Shown: one piece after another, positions 1 through 7,569 of the stretch
Layout: each line of letters opens with the position of its first letter
How positions within the stretch are numbered: the first letter of the stretch is position 1
Assembly: GCF_006345805.1 (NCBI RefSeq)
Contig: NW_021827774.1
Coordinates: 1 to 9,644, forward strand
From: Octopus sinensis
Taxonomy: Eukaryota
DNA: 9,644 nucleotides
Reading direction: 5' to 3'
Program-made: the position numbers and the translations under genes
The notes under the pieces: model-generated
The model's database searches: none
What the model was told of the DNA's origin: nothing
Seen by the model: only the letters and a program-made list of their open reading frames with translations

Positions 1-98
1 GAGATAACGGCTTACATTTAGAATCGTTATGGCAGCGACGATGTACCTTGTTCCTCTTTAAAATGGATTAGCAAAATATAATAAGGACTAGATTTAGG

Positions 99-115
99 TG
101 TGTATATTATATATA

Positions 116-168
<53 letters not shown>

Positions 169-424
169 GTATAGATATATACTGTATATGTATGTATGTA
201 TATACATGTGGATATATATACCATACACACACTTACACGCACTCATATATGTATATATGTGTATGCATGTATGTATGTATTTCACATTCTTCTGCGCTTG
301 TGTTAGAAAAATGCTTGGAAGCAGAGCACACATAGTACTCACACACAAATCCACTAGAACACAGATACAGACAAAAACATGTATACACTTATGCTGGAGA
401 ATATATGTATGTATGTATGTATAA
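99..424. repeat. Compound (TA)n/(TATG)n microsatellite with short interruptions
   Basis: Near-pure TA run at about 101-170, TATG units around 186-200 and 403-422, and low-complexity TA/CA between them. Confidence 0.95.
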
Positions 425-431
425 AATATCT

Positions 432-769
432 GAGATCTCCTTCGGTCACGACACATACCATGGGATTGCACCTAGAAAGTTACCCTCCCAGGTACAAGTC
501 TGGGCAAGGTTGTTTATGGAAGGCCAGCAGTCGCCCATGCATACCGGCCTCCCCTATGCATGCCAACAGTGTTCTCCAAGGAAAAGGCAAGGGCCGATAA
601 TGTTTGGTACCAGTGACGTCGCAACTCATTTCTACAGCTGAGTGAACTGGAGCAACGTGAAATAAAGTGTCTGGCTCAAGAAAACAACACGCAGTCCGGC
701 CCGGAATTCGAACTCACAACCTCATGATCGTAATCTCGACGCTCTAGCCACTGAGCCGTGCGCCTTCAC
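432..769 (-). mobile_element. tRNA-derived CORE-type SINE, long-tail family (SINE1)
   Basis: Minus strand reads gtgaaggcgcacggctcagtggctagagcg (A-box-like), gagttcgaattcc (B-box), then cttgagccagacactttatttcacgttgctccagttcactcagctgtagaaatgag, which resembles the CORE domain. The head and core match the copies at 1011-1259 and 7738-7949. TTACGAT in the anticodon arm is consistent with a tRNA-Arg(ACG) origin. Confidence 0.88.
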
Positions 770-775
770 ACGAAG

Positions 776-813
776 AATATTCTCTAGAAATATTCTCTAA
801 AATATTCTCTAGA
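776..813. repeat. Short tandem repeat, 3 x aatattctcta(g)a
   Basis: Units at 776-788, 789-800 and 801-813. Confidence 0.9.
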
Positions 814-1010
814 AAAAATTCAGCAAACACCAGTGTTTTTTCTAGAGGGCATACTTTTCCTTTGTGCTTAGATGGTAGGTGATCTATTTTTTCTGAATTT
901 TCAGATTTTTCTATATACGAGGCCACTGGTTTTAAATTGATGTTAATTAAATTAATATTCAATTTATCACCCTCATTATTTAAAGTATATATATATACTA
1001 AATAATAAAT

Positions 1011-1259
1011 GTGCCCTTTTAAAGACTAGCGAGTCTCATCATGGGCCCGGTTTCCCCGTTTCTACGGCGTATATGTACCCCAGCCGGACTGGACGGCAAT
1101 CCATCGCAGCGTTGCTCATCTTTACCAGCTGTGTCGACTGGAGCAACGTGATATGAAGTGTCTGCTCAAGAACACAACGCGTCGCCCGGCCCAGGAATCG
1201 AAACAACAATCTTACGATCATGATGCTGACACCCTAACCACTTAGCCACGCGCCACCAC
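1011..1259 (-). mobile_element. tRNA-derived CORE-type SINE, short-tail family (SINE2)
   Basis: Minus strand reads ggtggcgcgtggctaagtggttagggtg (A-box), tttcgattcc (B-box-like) and a CORE-like cttgagcagacacttcatatcacgttgctccagtcgacacagctg. Its 3' tail differs from SINE1 and is homologous to 7738-7800. The left boundary is approximate. Confidence 0.88.
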
Positions 1260-1260
1260 C

Positions 1261-1287
1261 TATCCTATCTATCTATCTATCTCTATA

Positions 1288-1326
<39 letters not shown>

Positions 1327-1430
1327 TATATACATGAATACATATAATGTATATATATTAGTATATATATATACATACATACATATATATGTATATGATA
1401 TATATATATATATACATCATATATATGTAT

Positions 1431-1500
<70 letters not shown>
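1261..1500. repeat. (TATC)n followed by long (TA)n microsatellite
   Basis: tatc units at 1261-1282 and TA-dominated sequence at 1289-1494. Confidence 0.95.
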
Positions 1501-1502
<2 letters not shown>

Positions 1503-1589
1503 TGGACATAGCTACATATAAATATAGATTGAAACAGACGAAGACAAGGAATTTGGTATGACTTGACAAGGACATATAATTTAGCTGCA

Positions 1590-1626
1590 TAATGATATAA
1601 TATAATATCATATAATATAATATAAT
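1590..1626. repeat. Imperfect (ATATA)n pentanucleotide repeat
   Basis: gatataatataatatcatataatataatataat. Confidence 0.8.
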
Positions 1627-2381
1627 AACAAAGCGTATTATTATCTAGTTACATTATATGTCGTTTTGAAGTCTTACCGAACTGGTTGCCGCTTCGTTTC
1701 TGTTTTAATCTCTATACACCTGCGCAGGGAGAAGCCATTTCTAGTCGCTTTAGAAAGGCGTTCACAAAATAACATATGTAACTTAAACTTATACAGGAAC
1801 TATAGTGGCATTCCACCTTGAGCTCTCAAAGAACTTACCTATTACTTTCTGTCACCCTCATTAAAATTAATCAAAGGACATACTAAGTATGTCTACCTGC
1901 TGGAAACAACAGTCAAAACTCTTATTTAAATTGCCCAAATCATTGATGATAACTACAGAAATCAACGGAAGGCAATTCAGGTTAAGATAATTTCCTAACG
2001 CACCTTTAAGTATTTGGAACCCGTTACCTCATATCCATACTTTCGGCATAATAACCATAATAAAGGTTTTTCATTACCTTGTCGTGCCAGCGCTTTTATT
2101 TTTTCCGTGAAAGAATTTCACAAACATTAACAATGTAAAGTCACGCTTTCGACCCTCTTGTTACACATATTGCAGAGGCTCTTTGCACTCGTGGGGTAAA
2201 TATATCCATTTTCCCTGTTCCTGGTCGGCGATGGTGGTTCCTCGACAATGATGATTAAGCTTTCTGTCATCTTTCCATTTTTAGGTCACCCTTATCGATC
2301 ACCTCGATGACGTTTCTGGTCTTTTAATTTGTTAGTTTTAAGGTGGAAGTAACCATGTAATACCATGCGGAATGGAGTATC

Positions 2382-2391
2382 ATTATTATTA

Positions 2392-2452
<61 letters not shown>
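2382..2452. repeat. (ATT)n microsatellite; 3' tail/target of element B1
   Basis: About 23 ATT units with one interruption, directly abutting the 3' end of B1. Confidence 0.97.
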
Positions 2453-2453
<1 letters not shown>

Positions 2454-2863
2454 TATGTTTGACTTTTGCTTTATATTTGTACAAGTTGGCTCCAAGTCTC
2501 ACCCAGAGACCTCAAGAGGCAACAGGTTGGAAGTTCGTATTGTTGTTATGCCTAGTGTGCCATATATTTGGTTTTGTATTTAGTGTTGTACTAGTGAATG
2601 GCTAAAAAAAAAGCAACGTTATTTTTGTTTTAAAACTTGAGGTTACATAGAAAGTATTTTGCGTAGGATATAAGCAGTTCCCATGAGCACTATCTTTTGA
2701 ATTTCTGCCATTTTGGGGTTTCCTGGTATCTGAGTTGGGTATCGATCAGCCCCATTTGCTATCAATCCCAGGGCACCTATGACAACAGCTATTGTTTTAG
2801 TCTTCAGGTTCCACATTTTGCTGATTTCTATTTCAAGATCTTTATATTTGCTCAGTTTTTTTT
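2453..2863 (-). mobile_element. R4/Dong-clade non-LTR retrotransposon family B, 5'-truncated copy B1 (endonuclease C-terminus + 190-nt 3' UTR)
   Basis: Hand translation of the minus strand gives an RLE C-terminus homologous to family A. The UTR (2453-2642) recurs at 5006-5233 and 5360-5548. It ends in an (AAT)n tail. Confidence 0.9.
2643..2858 (-). pseudogene. C-terminal 71 aa of a restriction-like endonuclease ORF (family B), not in the ORF track
   Basis: KLSKYKDLEIEISKMWNLKTKTIAVVIGALGLIANGADRYPTQIPGNPKMAEIQKIVLMGTAYILRKILSM*. 39 of 71 residues are identical to the family A C-terminus by hand alignment. Confidence 0.88.
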
Positions 2864-2942
2864 AGCCATTCACTATTACAACACTAAATACAAAACCAAA
2901 TATATGGCACATTAGGCATAATAACAATATGAAGTTCCAATC
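2856..2942 (+). repeat. Inverted duplicate of part of the B1 3' UTR (pairs with 2525-2612)
   Basis: ttttttttagccattcact...gaagttccaatc is the reverse complement of 2525-2612 with 6 substitutions in about 86 nt. Confidence 0.93.

Positions 2943-2980
<38 letters not shown>
2943..2980. repeat. (TTA)n microsatellite; 3' tail/target of element A
   Basis: Pure TTA run abutting the family A 3' UTR end at 2981. Confidence 0.97.
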
Positions 2981-2983
<3 letters not shown>

Positions 2984-3077
2984 TAGTTTTATTTTTATAG
3001 CGTGCTTTCACTTCACTACCGAGTGCAGCTCTGTGTGCCTTGGGTATGTGCTGTGATTTGTTGTGATGCTCTGATGG

Positions 3078-4627
3078 TTATTGTATGGAAAATGTTCTGC
3101 GTAGGATGTGTGCTGTGCTTAGTAGTGTAATTTTCTGTATGTTATATGTGTTTGTAAGTCCTGGTGTTTTTGTTATGTATTTGTCTGAATATTTTTTTAT
3201 CACGCCTAATGCACCTACTATGATAGGAAGTGTTTCTGTTTTTAGATTCCACATTCTGGTTACCTCTATTTCCAGGTCTTTGTATTTTGAGAGTTTCTCC
3301 ATTTCTTTTAGAGACACGTTGCCATCTGCCGGTATTGATACATCAATTAGAAAGCATTTTTTTCTTCATTATCTCTGACAACTATATCTGGTCTGTTGGC
3401 CTTAATTTCTCTATCTGTGTGTATCGGCATATCCCAGAATATGGTTGCTTTCTCGTTTTCTGTGACCTTTTCTGGTGTGTGCCTTTTTTTTCTGTTGTTA
3501 TTCCATAATGTTGGCATAGCTTCCAATTTATGTAGGTTCCAACTCTGTCATGTCTGTGAATATATTCCTTCTTAGCCAGGACTGGGCAGCCAGAGATAAT
3601 ATGATATATTGCTTCTTGTCCATCTCCACATATTCTGCAGTTACTTGTTATATTTCTTTTCATTACATGTTTTTGGTAATTTCTGGTGGGGAGGCTTTGG
3701 TCTTGTGTTGCAATTAAAAATCCCTCTGTGTCTGCTTTGAGTCCTGAACTTCTCAACCATTGCTGGGATTTTTCTTTGTCTATTACTTTTGTGTTTAGTT
3801 TAGTCCAGTATTTACCATGAAGGGGCTTTTCTTGCCATCGTTTTATCATGGTTCGTTGCTGTTGTATTTTTAGTTCGGATTTCATTTGTTTTATAGCTTT
3901 TGTTGTTTCTTCATTCTTCTTCTTCTTCTTCTTCTTCTTCTTCTTCTTCTCCTTCTTCTTTCTTCTTCTTCTTCTTCTTCTCTTCTTCTTCTTTTCTTCT
4001 TTTGCTTCTTCTTCTTCTTCTTCAGATTTATTAGGTGGTATGATTTCTTGTTTGTATTTGTCAGCTTCCTTAAATACTGAGAACAGTGTTTTGTTTTGCT
4101 CGTGTTTTGCTGCTATTTAATCAGTTTTCCTTCCTCTGAAGTAGATATTTTTGCAGTCCTATGGTGGTTATTTTATAGTAGTTTCCTAGTTGTATAAGAC
4201 CTCTACCACCTTCTATACGTTGTATATATAGTCTTTCTATGTCAGATTTTGGTGATGCATCCTAGATCCTGTCATTATTTTTCTTGTTATCCTATCTATT
4301 TTGGTCAGTTCATTTAGTGTCCAGTTAAGGATATTGTAGCTGTAACTTATAACTGGGACAGCTAAATTGTTAATACCTATTTTTTGTTTTAAGCATTGAG
4401 CTCTGTTTTTAGTATTGATCTAACTCGTCTATATATTTCTTTTTTATTTTCTCTTTCATTGTGTGTGTTGTGTCTTATCTAGTTCATGGATTCCTAAGTA
4501 CTGTAAGTTAGCTTTGGTCTAATTCTTTTATTTCATTGGTTTTATCTAGTGTGATGTTGCTACTCTCAACTAGTTTTCCTCTTTTCATGGTTACTTTGGC
4601 GCATTTTTCTAATCCAAATTTCATATC
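3078..4627 (-). pseudogene. Disrupted RT-zinc knuckle-RLE ORF of family A
   Basis: Across frameshifts: MKFGLEKCAKVTMKRGKL...YLGI...INNLAVPVISYSYNILNW...DIERLYIQRIEGGRGL (RT C-terminus/thumb); CRICGDGQEAIYHIISGCPVLAKKEYIHRHDRV (CCHC); NRPDIVV...LIDVSIPAD...KEMEKLSKY (RLE). There is an in-frame stop near 4510 and several frameshifts. The catalytic YxDD lies upstream of the truncation and is absent. Confidence 0.92.
3914..4023. repeat. (TTC)n/(GAA)n microsatellite inside the family A ORF linker
   Basis: About 110 nt of imperfect TTC between the codons for NKS and NEETT on the minus strand. Confidence 0.96.
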
Positions 4628-4651
4628 TATTATTATTATCTATCATATCTA

Positions 4652-4652
<1 letters not shown>

Positions 4653-4700
<48 letters not shown>
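4653..4700. repeat. (ATT)n microsatellite between elements A and C
   Basis: Pure ATT run. Confidence 0.97.
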
Positions 4701-4985
4701 GAGTGAGAGAGCAGTGCATGCCGTCAAAGTGACACTGAGGTAAAATATAAGAGCCCAGTATACCCATCATGATTACCCGTCTGATAAGGGTACACTAGGC
4801 ACATGCATCACAATCATATGCGCGCGACATGGTGATCTCATATCAAGATAAACAGCGCATGACCTCGCAGGTTGGACCAAGTTAGAATTTTCTTCTGGTC
4901 GAGTAACCCATCCCGCTCAAAAAAATCCCTTGAATAAGGGTTGTTTAAGGATGTTGAACGAAACTGCCATGTTTCCAGAGGTGAA
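4701..4985 (-). mobile_element. Putative third (TAA)-flanked retroelement fragment (element C), non-coding, family unassigned
   Basis: A 285-nt complex, GC-richer block bounded by ATT repeats on both sides, in the same context as A and B. It recalls a common octopus ATT-flanked repeat (memory only). It is single-copy in this window, and the strand is inferred from the long tail on the left. Confidence 0.5.
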
Positions 4986-5005
4986 TTATTATCATTATTA
5001 TTATT

Positions 5006-5232
5006 CTATGTTTGACTTTTGCTTTATATCTGTATATATATCGAGGTGATCGATAAGGGTGACCTAAAAAAGGAAAGCTTATATCACCCAGAGACCTCAA
5101 GAGACAACAGATTGGAAGTTCACGTTGTTGTTATGCCTAGTGTGCCATATATTTGGTTGTTTTTTTTTGGTATTGTACTAGTGGATGTCTAAAAAGAAAA
5201 AAAATTAAGTTTGTTTTAAACCTTGAGATTAC

Positions 5233-5233
<1 letters not shown>
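5006..5233 (-). mobile_element. Family B 3'-UTR-only copy B2, carrying a foreign insert at 5035-5083
   Basis: Starts ctatgtttgacttttgctttata like B1 at 2453 and ends ccttgagattacg, homologous to the B1 stop-codon region (cttgaggttacat). Confidence 0.9.

Positions 5234-5312
<79 letters not shown>
5234..5312. repeat. (TAT)n microsatellite
   Basis: Pure run of about 26 units. Confidence 0.97.
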
Positions 5313-5313
<1 letters not shown>

Positions 5314-5359
5314 CCAGCATGGCCACAGCTCATCAATCATTATTATTATTATTATTATT

Positions 5360-5548
5360 CTATGTTTGACTTTTGCTTTATATTTGTACAAGTTGGCTCC
5401 AAGTCTCACCCAGAGACCTCAAGAGACAACAGGTTGGAAGTTCACGTTGTTGTTATGCCTAGTGTGCCATATATTTGGTTGTTTTTTTTGGCGTTGTACT
5501 AGTGGATGTCTAAAAAAAAATTATGTTTGTTTAAACCTTGAGATTACG
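5360..5548 (-). mobile_element. Family B 3'-UTR-only copy B3
   Basis: Colinear with B2 and B1. It has the same 5' boundary (ccttgagattacg) as B2 and is preceded on the + strand by (ATT)7 at 5339-5359. Confidence 0.92.
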
Positions 5549-5633
5549 TATTATTATTATTATTATTATTATTGTTGTTGTTGTTGGTGGTGGTGTGGTG
5601 TTGTTATCAATATTATTGTTGCTGTTGTTGTTG
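5549..5633. repeat. Compound trinucleotide microsatellite (ATT)n-(GTT)n-(GGT)n-(GTT)n
   Basis: tattattatt attgttgttg ttgttggtgg tggtgtggtg ttgtt...gttgttg. Confidence 0.93.
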
Positions 5634-5873
5634 AGAGTTTTCTGATAATATCTTCTCATTTATCTCTACTTTATATGAAGGCTTATTGTTGACGAAGACA
5701 TCAGCAAAAAAAAAATTAATAACAGATCGCATTAGTATAAATTAAAGTATATATGTGTATTTGTGTATAAGTGTAATAAACGGAGTCGCGTTTACACAAG
5801 CGAGCGCACAACCTATACGTAAGTATGTAATATGTGAATTTCTTTATATATATATTTGTGTGTTAATATATAT

Positions 5874-5960
5874 GGAGAGACAGAGAGAGGTGGAGAGAGG
5901 GAGAGACTAAGAGGGTGAGAAAATGAGAGATGCGACTGAGAGCCAGAGAGGGACAGATAG
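5874..5960. repeat. Degenerate (GA)n-rich tract
   Basis: ggagagacagagagaggtggagagagggagag... Confidence 0.8.
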
Positions 5961-6023
5961 GAAACAAGATAAATATGGCGAAGCAGATAAGAATATAATT
6001 AACGTTTACTCTCAGCTTAAGTG

Positions 6024-6403
6024 TTTACACATACACACGCACACAAACGCGTTCACACACACACACGCATCTACAAACACATAACGCACACGCATATACA
6101 CATACACACAAATATATATATATGTATATATGTATGTATGTATGTATATATATGTATATATATATATAATATATACATATATATATATATGTATATATGT
6201 ATGTATATATATGTATATATGTATATATTGTATGTATATTATGTATATATATATATATATATATGCGTTGTATGTGTCTCTATATTACATGTATATACAT
6301 TCTCATATGTATGAATATATTATATATATATATACATACATACATATGTGGGTATATATATATATATATACTTACCTACATACATAATATATATGTATGG
6401 ATG

Positions 6404-6497
<94 letters not shown>

Positions 6498-6530
6498 CAC
6501 ACACACACATACATACATATATATTATATA
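6024..6530. repeat. Compound (CA)n then (TA)n/(TATG)n microsatellite
   Basis: CA-rich at 6024-6112 and TA/TATG/CA at 6112-6530. Confidence 0.95.
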
Positions 6531-6636
6531 ATAAAGACTTGTTTTATTTATATTTCCTGAGCGCCATACTAATACAATTGTTCGTTTGTTTTCCACCTGC
6601 CTTCGTTTTTGTTTTTATTTTCATAAAGCTTCCCGT

Positions 6637-6688
6637 TATATATATATATATATATATATATATCTATATATATATATATCTATATATA
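6637..6688. repeat. (TA)n microsatellite
   Basis: Near-pure TA run. Confidence 0.95.
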
Positions 6689-6924
6689 AGATACTATACA
6701 TGCATTATACATATATCTATACTGACATATAATATGCTCCAATGTACCTAACTGCTATTTACGACGGACCTATCAAATAAATTGCAATAAATTCCTATAT
6801 CTAACATCTTTATAACTTGACGTTATACAGATGTGATACCGATACAATCAATACGCCATACAGATGCACATAAAGGTGTTATACATATCATTGTGCGAAT
6901 TCGTCAGACTGAGACTGTGGAAGC

Positions 6925-7210
6925 CTATATATATATAAAGGTGTGCATAAATGGGACAAGAACGCAAAACATCCAGACAGATGATACGAAAAAGAGACAA
7001 GAAAAAACAAGGATGGGTCATTCGGAGTTTTCTTTCTTCAGTCAAGTTCTAGGTTATCTTCGCAATTTCGGCTGGTTATACTCGAGATTGCTCCAATCTG
7101 GCTAGCCCCAAATCTAAGTATAGCGCACTAGATTCGTTGGAAGAAATCAGTGAATGTATACAAAAAAAAACGCAGAAATGTTACGCAAATTAAAATGGAA
7201 ATAACAGGAC
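6925..7210. repeat. Possible interspersed repeat of unknown class
   Basis: Complex sequence starting at a short TA run. It recalls a recurrent octopus repeat (memory only). There is no second copy or diagnostic motif in the window. Confidence 0.3.
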
Positions 7211-7351
7211 ATTAATAACAGGTGTCTTTCGACTAACTACTCATTACATTCAGCTGACGTGTGTGGAAGTGATGCTTTAAGGCAAGGACATATGTGTTGT
7301 AAAGTATAGGGAGGAATATAGATGTTGCACGGATGGTAGTCGAAACAAGAA

Positions 7352-7569
7352 GGCGTCGACCTGGCAGAAGCGTTGCACGCCGGGCGAAATGCTTACCGAA
7401 ATGCTTACGTTCTGAGATCAAGGTCGACTTTGACTTTTATCTTTTCGGGGTTGATAAATTAAGAACCAGTTTCGTACTGAGGTCTATGTAAATCACTTAA
7501 TCCCTTTGTCTCTCCTTGTTTGTCCCATCTATGTTTAGCCCCTTCTGGACAGTAAATAAATAAGAAATA
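7352..7569 (+). mobile_element. tRNA-derived SINE (non-CORE family), internally rearranged copy
   Basis: Colinear with the reverse complement of 8332-8566: ggcg..ctggcagaagcgttgcacgccgggcgaa...gactttgacttttatcttttcggggttgataaattaag...ttgtttgtccc..tgtttagcccctt. The B-box region is deleted. Confidence 0.88.

Larger units (their letters stand above)
2981..4630 (-). mobile_element. R4/Dong-clade (R2-group, RLE-type) non-LTR retrotransposon family A, 5'-truncated and decayed
   Basis: RT C-terminal motifs, CCHC knuckle and PD-(D/E)xK endonuclease in the expected order, a 97-nt 3' UTR (2981-3077), and (TAA)n on both sides. The clade assignment rests on motif recall, not on a phylogeny. Confidence 0.9.

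Noticed and set aside
27-471. ORFs of 71-125 aa rich in Y/I/M/C/V
   Set aside because: They are translations of (TA)n/(TATG)n, which lack stops in some frames. The same applies to the ORFs at 1269-1611 and 6021-6751.
640-769. Possible functional tRNA genes at the SINE heads
   Set aside because: There is no complete cloverleaf or acceptor stem. The sequence continues into the SINE core and tail.
379-1221. ORFs 379-600, 405-641, 744-962 and 1039-1221
   Set aside because: They lie in SINEs or the tandem-repeat patch and show no recognisable domain.
1630-2380. Possible host exon in the only long unique-looking stretch
   Set aside because: There is no ORF of 60 aa or more, no recognisable motif and no convincing splice-site pair. 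Short exons cannot be excluded without RNA data.
2365-2605. Poly-Tyr and poly-Ile ORFs (also 5153-5692)
   Set aside because: They are translations of (ATT)n plus antisense LINE UTR.
3085-4120. Plus-strand ORFs, including poly-Phe/Leu/Ser stretches that look like signal or membrane segments
   Set aside because: They are antisense shadows of the family A ORF and the TTC repeat.
5313-5338. 26-nt spacer cccagcatggccacagctcatcaatc between ATT runs
   Set aside because: It recalls an octopus SINE tail from memory but is too short to assign from this window.
2453-5548. CRISPR-like or prokaryotic repeat-spacer array (recurring blocks separated by repeats)
   Set aside because: The recurring blocks are LINE 3' UTRs and the separators are variable-length microsatellites in a eukaryotic context.
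7200-7346. Possible minimal hammerhead ribozyme or Penelope end (minus strand taatga-g..c-gaaa; tttcgacta/tagtcgaaa inverted 9-mer; ctgacga at 6901-6907)
   Set aside because: The core deviates from CUGANGA, stem III/UH does not form, and no GAAA follows the 6901 motif.
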